A DNA stretch of 63,203 bases, filler included, from Choristocarpus tenellus KU-1152 (Eukaryota; Protista; Phaeophyceae): NCBI GenBank assembly GCA_964200185.2. It is 11 parts of 11 records of this genome, joined end to end, with 100 filler letters (N's around TTAATTAATTAA, not from the genome) between each part and the next. Parts side by side here need not be neighbours in the genome. Positions count along the whole stretch, not along the records: positions 51,582 to 54,974 come from CAXNAD020020336.1; positions 55,075 to 63,203 come from CAXNAD020005099.1; 9 more parts are not named here. The stretch is one strand, 5' to 3'. Below the pieces are notes generated by a model. That model had not been told where the DNA came from. It saw only the letters and a list, made by a program, of their open reading frames with translations, and made no database searches. A program made the translations under genes and the position numbers. Shown here one piece after another: positions 52,755-63,203 of the stretch. The first letter of the stretch is position 1, and each line of letters opens with the position of its first letter.

Positions 52755-53018
52755 GAGACAAAGTATCTTAGAGGGTAGAGTCGTGACAATTTGGGAGTCA
52801 AAATCTAATGTTGCGATTTTTATGTAATTTTGGCTATCGTGTTTGTTAGGAAGTGTCAATATATCTATGTTTCGGACACACCTTCTCATAACGCATACGT
52901 TTTTTTACCTACTTCTAAACTTTTTGGAGTAGGAAAATGTGTCATAAAAACCCCATGGGATCCGAGTTCCAAATGGACAAACAGGGCGAAACTCGTACCC
53001 TCTAAGATACTTTCACCC
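52755..53018 (+). mobile_element. MITE subfamily A
   Basis: GAGACAAAGTATCTTAGAGGG ... CCCTCTAAGATACTTTCACCC. Confidence 0.9.
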
Positions 53019-53757
53019 GAGACACATAGACATAATAGCAGAAACGCCTACTGCTAGGGAAGATATGCACAATTTGGATGGAACGCTTGAGACTGCTAAG
53101 CAAGCTTGAAGGGCATTTCAGAAGAGTGGTGATACTGTTGAGGCAGAGTTGTATCGGAAACGATATCAGCAACTGGTGGCAGTGAGGCTGGGGTAGAATA
53201 TCGGTGGTGCTGGGATTATGTTTGGAAGTGGTGGGACAGTGGTAAAGGGGGGGTTGACTTGGGGGCTTTGGGGACAGGCAGCTGCAGTGGGGGGATAGAC
53301 TTGGGGAATCAGTTGTGACAACACAGCTGTCAGTATAGTGCTCAGTGGTCTTTGACAGTGGTCCCGTGCACTTAGGTGTACCATCACACTGGATGGCATT
53401 GACAAATATTTGTTTATATGTGAGGTAATTGTTTTGTTGAATAATTTTTTTTTGTGTCAAGTCCTCTAATCTTGAGCTTCTGATGCACTAACCAAACAAA
53501 GCTGTCAACCCTGATCTTGTATCATGACCTTGAGCAATGTTAAAGTAACGATGATGATCCCAGCGTTCTTCATAAGGTTGGTTAGGGTATAATATTATCC
53601 ACTGCTCAGAATGAAGTGAGCTGCTCTTGTTTATGAGGACAATCTAAACCGAATAACATTGTCAGCAATCGGTAGCAATTGATTCTTCCCATTTACTGTG
53701 GACTTTCAACCATTCTCTATATTATTTTTATGATGCCCTCTGACATTTTGGAGATGT

Positions 53758-54556
53758 CGAGGTGGAAAGTTTTGGGCGCCTTGGTAAGCAAGCAGAAATT
53801 TTTCTGGATGAGCTAGCTACGCATGTGGTAGGGGGGGGAAGGGACGGGAGGCTACAGCAGGAAAGGGACAGTCAAGTCCCGCCTACGACAAATAGTCTCT
53901 GTTACAACGCAGGTGGCGCTGTCTAGGCGTGCCATGCGTTTTAAGCTGGAGACACCAGGGAGATGGGCAAGAAGGGGCTTGTTAGATTCTTGGGATGCTT
54001 CCTTAGCTCCTCACCCTGTGTGCGATTTACCTTGGAAGGTATTGCTATTTATCAGTAGGGAAGACGAGAAGGTGTAGAGCCTCACACAACTCCCTTTGTT
54101 TGAATGTGAAAAGAATGGGTGGATGAAATTAATAGAGTGACCTTTGTAGGATGTCTTCTATTGCTTGTTTATTATTATTTGTGTCTCATATGTAAGTGAA
54201 CGGCTATGTACTAGTAGTTCAATTGCAATACCAAGCTCCATACCAAATCCAGATGTACTATCTCATTAGTTACATCACATGAACTCAATCCAACGGAATA
54301 ATCTCACATACACAAAATAGGGTATGCCTCACTATTGTCCTATTTTGCACACCTTGGGTCCAGGACTGAGGTAGGTTGGAGACAGGAAGGCAGTAGTGCT
54401 ACAGCGTAGCTGGTAGTAAAATAGTAAATTGATATTTTTCACATTTATGACAACTGTTACTTTTTGGGGGATTTTTCTGACATGTGAATAGTTTTCATTG
54501 TTTTTTCCCCTGACACATCTGTAACGTGTCAAAAGGGCATAATAATAAAATATAAT
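53758..54556 (+). mobile_element. 5'-truncated RLE-type non-LTR retrotransposon with (TAA)n tail, interrupted by a solo LTR
   Basis: VESFGRLGKQAEIFLDELATHVVGG..RKGTVKSRLRQIVSVTTQVALSRR is typical of the end of a restriction-like endonuclease domain. The 3' UTR ends GGGCATAATAATAA. Confidence 0.75.
54019..54351 (-). mobile_element. Copia solo LTR
   Basis: TGTGCGA...TTTGCACA, homologous to 15832-16179. 5-bp TSD CCCTG/CCTTG with one mismatch. Confidence 0.85.
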
Positions 54557-54740
54557 GCGTCGAATAACCTAGTGTTACCCTTACGTTGTGTGTGCTGATA
54601 CAAGTATATAGCATAGTTTCATGTACGTTTATCTTTAGTTCGGTACAACAAAAGTAGTAACGTACATAGCGGTATGATGGGTCAGTCTTTGGTCATACGT
54701 GAGAGATAATTGATCGCTAAGACAGAGGCCCATTTGACAA

Positions 54741-54974
54741 TATTATTATTATGCCCTCTGATATTTTGCAGATGTGCCAGGGGGGAAACCAATGAAAACT
54801 ATACATATGTCGTTATTAGCCCTAAAGAAATAAACTATCCTAAACGTGGGAACACTATAAAACATTGTGTGGAAACCACTAATCTATCAGTTACTTCGCC
54901 ATTGTCAAATATTGTACTACTGTCTTCCTGTGCTTCCCATCTACTTACTCCTGTGCCCGGGGGGGGGGAGCTAG
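54741..54974 (-). mobile_element. Inverted 3' UTR copy of the RLE element
   Basis: Reverse complement of the 3' UTR, including the (TAA)n tail. Confidence 0.8.
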
Positions 54975-55649
54975 NNNNNNNNNNNNNNNNNNNNNNNNNN
55001 NNNNNNNNNNNNNNNNNNTTAATTAATTAANNNNNNNNNNNNNNNNNNNNNNNNNNNNNNNNNNNNNNNNNNNNGTACAAAGCCAGTTGGCGGCCGTGTG
55101 CTGGGCACAGTGACTTGGACAGCGGAATGATCCCCACCGCCGACTCTATTAATATTCATCTCTAAAAGACGGTCCCAGTCTATCTTCAGCTCTTGTATCG
55201 CCTTAGATAGGTCCTCCATAGTAGAGGAGAGTTACCGATAACGATCTTCAGCAAGGGTGGCCTCACTTCAGCCCTTACCATGGACTGGTGCCTCTTCTCC
55301 TAGCAAAGACATGATAAGCATGGGTAGAAACCTAGGGTTCCAATATATTGTGTCCCCCAGCTCATGTATGGATAGAAGAGATAATGACAGAAGTATCACA
55401 AAATATTGTAGATTGATTATTACCAAGTGGAGGGGGGGATCATACAACCCCTAAACACCATGCTTAATAGAACTAATCCCTAACTATCCGTTCGTGTGGA
55501 TTAACCAATTAATAATTATTGTCTCCTGACTCTATATGTATGCTCTATTAGTGATATCCGTTACAGTTGGAGGAGTCTATTCGAACATGTAACGGATATG
55601 ATATGGCATAGAAGGGTTCCCACTTATGAGAAAAGTTTAAATGCATCTA

Positions 55650-58600
55650 TATGGGTGGGGGGAAGGACATTCTACTCACTCAAGATATTATCAGGATGGG
55701 CCTGATTAGATTCGACAAAACATGTCAGAGGAGAAGGGAAGTACCAGAGGCAAGCATGGCAATGGTGAGTTTATTGATACGAGTTAGTGTAACGGTGAAA
55801 GGGATCGTGGACAACCACGACAACCAGTCTGAAGGGTATGAGGTCCTTCAGAACCGTTTTGTCCGAGATGGGATTGCCAAAAAGGGTTATCCTACAACCC
55901 AGCTTAATAATATTCATCTACCTGAGGGTAAATCTCTGGCAGTTGCCAGAATGGAATTGGAACACCTGGTGAAGTAGGTACAATCGCTAGATGACGAGCG
56001 TAGTGAACAGGTGTAACTAAGTGCAATATAGAATTGTCTTGCTGAGGAATGCTTCGTTGATATCAGGTGGAGTCTCTACAAGAGTTAGGTCTACAGAGAG
56101 GTATCAGGGTCGGCAACAGGACATGCGGAGCGCTGGTAGTGTGGAGGACCACACGTTCAGTCCCCTTGCCCTTTGTTTCCTACTGTTCAGGATATCACAC
56201 AACTGCCTGTTATGTCTGTCGAGTGACAGGGCACAAGGCGTGCTGTTGCTCTAACCGCACTGAGGCCAATGGGGTGATGGGGCATAGCGCCAATACTGGA
56301 GCATCAACCACAAGAAGAACTGTGAAACGCGTAAGGGATAGGGAGAGGCGAGGGCAATAATGAGGGAGATGCTGGAGATGGGGGAGGCAATGCTAATTAT
56401 ACATCAGTAGAGCTTGTGTATACTTCTCAGTAAGAGATTATGGGACACACGACCAATAACCCCACTGGATGGATAGATCCAACACCCGTGGTAGGGACGG
56501 GTGGAGATGGAATGGTTCTTCGAGTTACAGTCGTAGGTGATTTGTTATTACACTGTGTAACGGATGGGGAATTTTGAAACTTCATCCTTCATGGTGTGTC
56601 ATTGGTCCCTGAGTTAATATTTAACATCTTCTCCATGATTCAAGTAGGAACACAGTGAGGGGGGAGAATTATGTTGTAAAGGGGAAATTCTTCGCTATTA
56701 ACCCCATATCTGGTGGACTTGTATCGTAGCTTACAAGAGCAGTCGGTAAGAACTACAGAAAGCTTCCTTCAAAATCCAGTCATGTCAGGACTTGTTCTTG
56801 TCAAGGGGGATGCAGGAGCAGACAAGCTCGCCCCCAAAAGAGTTGTAGATACATTGTGGGGGGGTCGTCTGGGGAGACTATAACATCAGAGGATGTTGTA
56901 GTGTCAAGTGAACTTATCCTTGGAGGGATTGAAGCGTATGCCATTGTGTCCCAGAAGAAGGGGAGAAAATACTTACCTCAAGGATGACTAGAGCAGACGT
57001 CGATCTTGGGAAGTCTACTGGAGTGACTGTAACGTCAGAGGAGGATGTTGTGTGGCAACTGGTGAGCTTACCTCTGGTGGGATTGAAGAAAATTGTCTTC
57101 ACTCAAGGGGGAATTGTTGGGGAAGGGGAACCTACCTCAAGAACAAATACTCACCAGGGGCAACTTACACCAACACCGAGGATGGTGAAACAACTGATGA
57201 GCTGAAGAATCTCTCTCAGTACTTGGGGCTGAGTGGGGGAATGAGATCTGCAATACGTGTGGACATCCATCAGATGCATCACCAACTGGGACATTGCTAT
57301 GAGGTGATGGTTTGAAAGTATATCAAGGAGTGTGGCATTAATTTGACCAGCGAGAGGAAGCAGTACTGTGAGGGATGTGCTGTTGGTAACACTCATTGCA
57401 AACCAGTACCAAAGACAACAGTGAACAAACCAGAGACACGTTGGCCAGGGCCTTCATTGATTTAAGTGGACCGAAGCCCAGGCCGAGCAACCTGAGAGGA
57501 CTTTTGTACAAGATACTAATGGTCTGTGACAAGACCAGGATGGGGTCGATTCAATTCCTGTGATCCAAGTGCGAGACTGCCAAGGTTTTCTGGGCATTCA
57601 TCTGTGATGAGGCAGACGTGGAGAACTAAAGAATTGGGGAGCGGGAGGACTGGTGAGGGGGCGGATTTCAAAAGTGCTGAATTGAGATTGCACTGGATGA
57701 GCGCAAGATATGGCATGAGTAAACTTTCCCAGGAACTCCTCAACTCAATGGGAAAGCGAGCAGGCCATGGAACTGATTGCGGAGAAAGGCTTGGTCATGA
57801 TGCAAACAGCTGTTCTGGGGAATCGGCTGGGATTGTGGGATGAGGCACACTATATGGCTACCACTCTTTCTAACCTGTCTCCAACGTCTGCCAATCCCCA
57901 TTGAAAGTCTCCATACCACAAGTTTTGTAGAGTTCCAACTCATCTCCATCTATCACCACTTTGGGTACACTAGAGCTCATAAACTCTTGCATAAATTGGT
58001 TCCAAGAGCTGAACCATGATTGATGATAGGACGTTCCTCTAACCATGCTTTCAGATACATTCGGGATCCTGCTTCTCAATTCAGGGCAAATGGAAACCAT
58101 TCTCAGAGAAGGTCAGTGTCTGTCATGAATGGCGATGGGGCTGTGAGTCAAAGTATCTTAGAGGGTAAAGCCGCGTCCATTTGGGGGGCAAAATCCAATG
58201 TTGCAAATTTGATGTTATTTTGGCTATCATGTTGGTTAGGAGATGTCAATATCCTTGTTCTGGACACTCCTTTTCATAACGTATACATTTTACCTACTCC
58301 AAAAAAATTTGGAGTAGGTAAAATGCCATTATAAACCCGTGAGAAGTCAAGCCCCAAATGGACAAACAGATCAAAAATCGTACCCTCTAAGATACTTTCA
58401 CTCTGTTGACAACATGAAGCTGGCTTTGGATTTGGGGGCAGGAGGTTTAATATTCATGTAAGGGATTCAGCTACAAGTTGGGGAACTGCTGGCAAGTCTA
58501 GGCGAGAGGATGCTGGGAACTTGTTTGGAGTCCTGGGTTATCAAGCAGCGAGTGTGGATTGGATGTAAAACAAGCGGGATGGGATGGGGCCTTGGATACC

Positions 58601-59770
58601 AGCATAGGTGATGGAGTATCCGAGGTCACACAGGGGAGTGGGAGTATTACATTGTTGTTGAGACTTGCAGATCACAACAGTGATCCCCACCTGAGCCAGG
58701 CGAACCATCAGAGCGACAACTGAGGTATCAGAAGAGATTGGATGGTCTGCTTGTTGGTGGGGAAGCGAGAGTACTTCCACCAGAACCTAGGATAATGAAA
58801 GAGACAACAGAGTTGGAGGAATGGCTCTGTAGAAAGGGGTTGTGGATGAGAAGGTGAATGATTTGGATAACAAGGGAGTATAGATTCAAGTACCTTGCCC
58901 CACAGATGGTCTTTCGGTGCTTGGGACGAAGATGGTGTTCACAAGGAAGGTTGATGCAACTGGAGCAGTGTATTGGTACAAGGCCAGGTTGGTTCTGCAG
59001 GGCTTTAGACAGAGGAAGGGGGAGGATTACTTTGGGTCGCTTGTAAATCCACCCATGCTACTTGCATCAGCGGCGAAACAGAACTATGACATGTTTGTAG
59101 AGATAGGGAAAAGGGTTTCACCCAGGCTGACCTGGAGGAGACTCTTTATGTGGAACTACCAGAGGGGGTGACGAAGTTTGATGGGGTTGTGGGATTGAAT
59201 AAGTCTCCGTATGGGATAGCCATGGTGTCAGAGAACTTGAAATTTCTCCAGGTGGATGCTTTGTTGGAACTGGGGTTGGTTGGCACAGTGTGAGCCAGAT
59301 CCATGCTTATTTAGATCGATAGAGGAAGGTGAGGCTGTGATGATCGTACTTGTCCACGTTGATGACATATTGATGGCTGAGGAATCAGGGTTCAGGCTAC
59401 GTTGTCGATATCAAGGGATTGAACAAGTTCCCGGTGGTGAATTTGGGTGAGGTGACCAAGTTCATGGGCTGCAGGATCAGGAGGAACAGAAAGACTGGGA
59501 CTTGTGGTGGACCAGAGCTTGTATATAGGAGACCTGGTAGAGAGACAGGATTCACGCAACTTTCGAACTACCATCAACACCAACAAGGTGGAGTAGGAAG
59601 GACCTGTTACATGAGGCTACTGATCGATGGTGGGATTCAGTGGGCGGCAAGAATGACTAGGCCTTATGTCTCTTTTGCAGTCTGAGAGTTGGCGTCATGT
59701 GTGGAGAATCCGAGTTGGTTTGATTGACTAAATGATGAGAGAGTGATAGGGTATCTATTGGATAGTAGAA
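55650..59770 (+). mobile_element. Decayed Ty1/copia retrotransposon (gag-INT-RT)
   Basis: HHQLGH and CEGC at ~57280-57380; FIDLSGP; RT motifs GTKMVFTRK..YKARLVLQGFRQ..DYF, DPCLF and LVHVDDIL. The integrase lies before the RT. Confidence 0.9.
58145..58403 (+). mobile_element. MITE subfamily A inserted in the copia element
   Basis: Both TIRs and the full interior are present; the flanks CTGT/TGTT are an imperfect TSD. Confidence 0.9.
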
Positions 59771-59777
59771 GAGACAA

Positions 59778-59938
59778 GATCCAAAGCATTGAAGTGGGCA
59801 GGAGTTTTGCCCTGTTTGTCCGTTCGGGGCTTGGCTTCCCATGTTTTTTTTTGCCCCTTTTCGGTCTTTTGTATGAACACATTTGTCTAAAATGTGTACA
59901 ACCATGAAAGGTGTGTCTGGAGCAAGGATATTGACACT
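59778..59938 (-). mobile_element. Partial MITE (A-like interior, C-like TIR)
   Basis: GATCCAAAGCATTGAAG terminus followed by the reverse complement of the right half of A. Confidence 0.75.
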
Positions 59939-62900
59939 CGCAATTTTGTGAATTTGGAAATGACGTTATCTTCCTTCAACAGGTGCACATGTGGATCACT
60001 TCATGTGGATTACTCCATGTCAGTGTTTGAGGACAATTTATGGTGCAATACATGGAGAAAACCCCCCCTTTTCGGGAGACACCATTGTAACGTGTTTTTT
60101 TTCACTTTTTCGCACACATTTTCGAAAAACTAACACCAACCTCAACCCTAATTTGTGTATGAAACATATCCCCATAACATTCAAGGAAACATTCTGGGAG
60201 AAGTTTCACACTGTGGTGGAACGGTATAGTGTGCACTGCAAAACCACCTCTCAAGGATCCACCTTGTCATCTCTTTTCCACTCGTTCACACAGACTTCCG
60301 AAAACATAACCCTCCCTGCCTTGTGTGTTTAAAATAACTCTACTTGAAGAAGTGAAAAAAAAATACAGTGGCGGTTCCCCAAGATGGAGGTTTTCACTTG
60401 TGGACGTCAATGGTGTTCTCAAGATTGCCGACAGACCTGTTCCTGAGGGAGGACAAAGTATATCAATATTTGAGATTACTATGTACATCAGTTGAAGAGG
60501 GGAGGGAAGATTGCAAGTTGGTATTTGCCTACCAAGTTCCAACATGCACACCTCGTCACAAAGGTCTTGTCAAAGGAATCCTTCAAAAGGCATTCTAGCA
60601 TTATCATGTGCAGAATGAAGTGGGACCGATTTTTGTGTTTGTGATGTATGCTTTCGGGGATTGAGTTCTTGAATAATTGAGGAGCATATGTAGGACGTTC
60701 AAACTAGGGGATTGTGTCAAGAGTATGCTTTTTAATTTTTGTGTGAAAGTATATTTGTGTAAGAAACGATCAGATGTAAGAAAAAATAGTCTTGTGGAGA
60801 ATAGCAGAGAATTGTGGGTAAATGACCTAGAATAAAGTTTTTAGGAAACTTTGTAGCAAGGAGTCGGTGATGAGTGATTAGTGATCAACGGTATGAACGA
60901 TTGGCGACAAGGGAGGCCCCCTTCAAGGAATGAAGCCACTGCCTTTACCGTATTTCATCTACGTCTTGCCTAGCCCAGCAAGGAACAAATCAGTACATTT
61001 TTATACACAAGTCTTGGGAAACAACAGCTTCAACACCATTCATCTTACATAATCACAGAGTAATATCAACTAGCACATGAAATGATGCATGTATGAACAG
61101 AGGGTGAGAACTGGTGAGTGATTTCGTTACTCCCCAAAATAGAGATAAATGAGTCATCACACATTATCCTAGAGGGGAGTGCCTTGAACTATATGGGGCC
61201 TTAGTGACACCTTCTGGTGCATGTGTTTGTAGCACTCTGAAACAGGATTTTGCACTTGCATCGACTAACAACGTTTATTTCCTCTTCTAAAATCATATCC
61301 TCCTGATCAGAGATAGTTGCCTTTCAGGCATTGGAGGAATGGGGGTGCCAGGCAAATATTTGTTGGGCAAATTGTGGGAATTGATATATATGGTAGCCTT
61401 ATCCTGTCCCATTCGGCACGAGGAATCCAACAGTCACCATTCCACACACGTTAATTCCCCTGCAGAAAAACACACATGTAAATGTGAAGGAGAATCAACC
61501 CAAATATCGTGTACAATGTGGAAGAGACCAATGCATGTTCCAAATGGTCGGTGTTAGATATACATGTAACAATGTATCATGTCTATATAAACATTAGGGT
61601 TCCCGCATAGTGTTAGCATGAGAGAAAGATCTATTAAGAACTAGCCCTCTCATACACACAAAAGAGCTTTAAATGGAGTAGCAGCAGCAGCAGTCCAGTG
61701 AATCGCCAGAGCCCACAATCTACCATCTCTATAACTGCATATATCTTAAACAAAATAATAATAATAATAATACTCCGCACTTGACAATAGGGAAAGTAAA
61801 TATATCATTGATAATGGAAAGGGACAAGGACAACCATATGACTGAGAACCTGCAGTCGCTTCTTTATTAATTGAGAAAGATGAACGAATATACGAGAATG
61901 AGCCTCATGGAAATTACCACCAGGAAAAGAACCCTTCCCTCGATTTTAGACTGGTGAAACTAAAAATGGACGAAAAATACTCTTAGCTTTGTCCGTCTAG
62001 AGAGTGGACACAAGGTCGCAAATGTAGCTTGGCTCTGCAATAAAATTAAGAAACCTTGGCTGCATTCTGGAGAAACATCTGCTATAAAGACCTTCTGTTC
62101 TTGTGCCCAGGAAAGAACTGAACAAGGGAAGAGTGAATGAGACCTCGAGTAGGAGGAGGCTACAATGTTGCAGGACCTCAAGTCTGTTGCCAGAAGGAAT
62201 TCAGACACAGGTTCTAAAAACTGTTTTGAGAGTAATCTTCGCCCACAGGTCCTTACAGAATCTAAACAGGCAGAGCTGCTACATAGTTCTGTCCATTTGA
62301 CTCTACACTTTACAGTTACACATTCTGTGCTATGCTTCTATCATCCTTTTGTGCACTCTTTTCTTCACCAAAGAGGGTATAAATCAAATGCTTCAAGTTT
62401 ATCGTCACAAGAAAATGCCAAAAAAAACAAGGTAAATCTTCGAATTCCACCTATTCTTATACAAAAAGTCACAGCTAAGCCAGAAAGTCCAGGATGTGGC
62501 TTTGTCGTCATGTCAGCCAAAAGCTGGGTTGAATGATAAAATTCTTACTGGGGAGGTTGAGGGAAGGAATCTTGTTGGCCATGCATTTTCTTGGTTGTTG
62601 TCTCTAGGCCGTGGAACTTGCATTGCATACTACTTGCACAAGCAGTCATTAAAAAAAAAAAAACACACACACACAAAAGCAACATGACTTGCTGCATCCA
62701 ACTTTCAACCTGCGAATAAGTGCTGTGACTACAAAAAATGAATTTTACACAAAAATTACTATTGTGTCATTTCTCCACCAGGGCCTTGCTCGTGTCATGA
62801 TTTGGCACCAAGTACCATAGTAAACAAAACCAAAGGGGGTGGACATCCTAGGGGATCACAAATAAATGCCCAAAGAAGGAAACTACGCATAATAAAGAAA

Positions 62901-63203
62901 TAAAGTTGCCTGCAAAGAGGCCACTGGGAAAGTGTAAAAAAACAAGGTGGAGCTGGAGTAACAGTATATTAACATAGAGTTCATCCCTCCCGCATTGCCT
63001 GTAAGGCACTTGGCAGTATTGGGCAAGGGTAAAAATAATGACTAAACAACCTCCAACAGCAGAGGTAAAAAATACTTCTCACCCAGAGGCACAAGGTGGT
63101 CAGAGATTCTTGTATCTCGCATTGGTTGGTAATGCTGCTGGTGCAGGAATTAACTGCACTGTGTAAGCAGGATGGTGTGTATGTTTGTCGGGGGGGGGGG
63201 GGG

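Overview
This is not one continuous locus. It is 11 eukaryotic draft contigs joined by 100-bp artificial linkers (N44-TTAATTAATTAA-N44). The DNA is intron-rich and packed with transposable elements. A PACRG-family gene implies a flagellated organism, and the retroelement peptides resemble those I recall from brown algae and related stramenopiles (inference). Host genes that can be reconstructed: a PACRG-family gene head-to-head with an unknown spliced gene, a complete 5-exon secreted Cys-rich/mucin-like protein, and a partial low-complexity gene. Mobile DNA dominates, with several decayed Ty1/copia and Ty3/gypsy elements, a copia 3' LTR plus a matching solo LTR, and 3' fragments of an RLE-type non-LTR retrotransposon with (TAA)n tails. 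The best candidate for an undescribed system is a Sola-like DNA-transposon system. It has about 15 copies of three MITE subfamilies sharing one terminal inverted repeat (GASYCAAAGYATYT..., 4-bp TSDs). It also has an intron-split Sola-type transposase gene on the minus strand at 32.7-35.3 kb, which the ORF track shows only as unrelated fragments.
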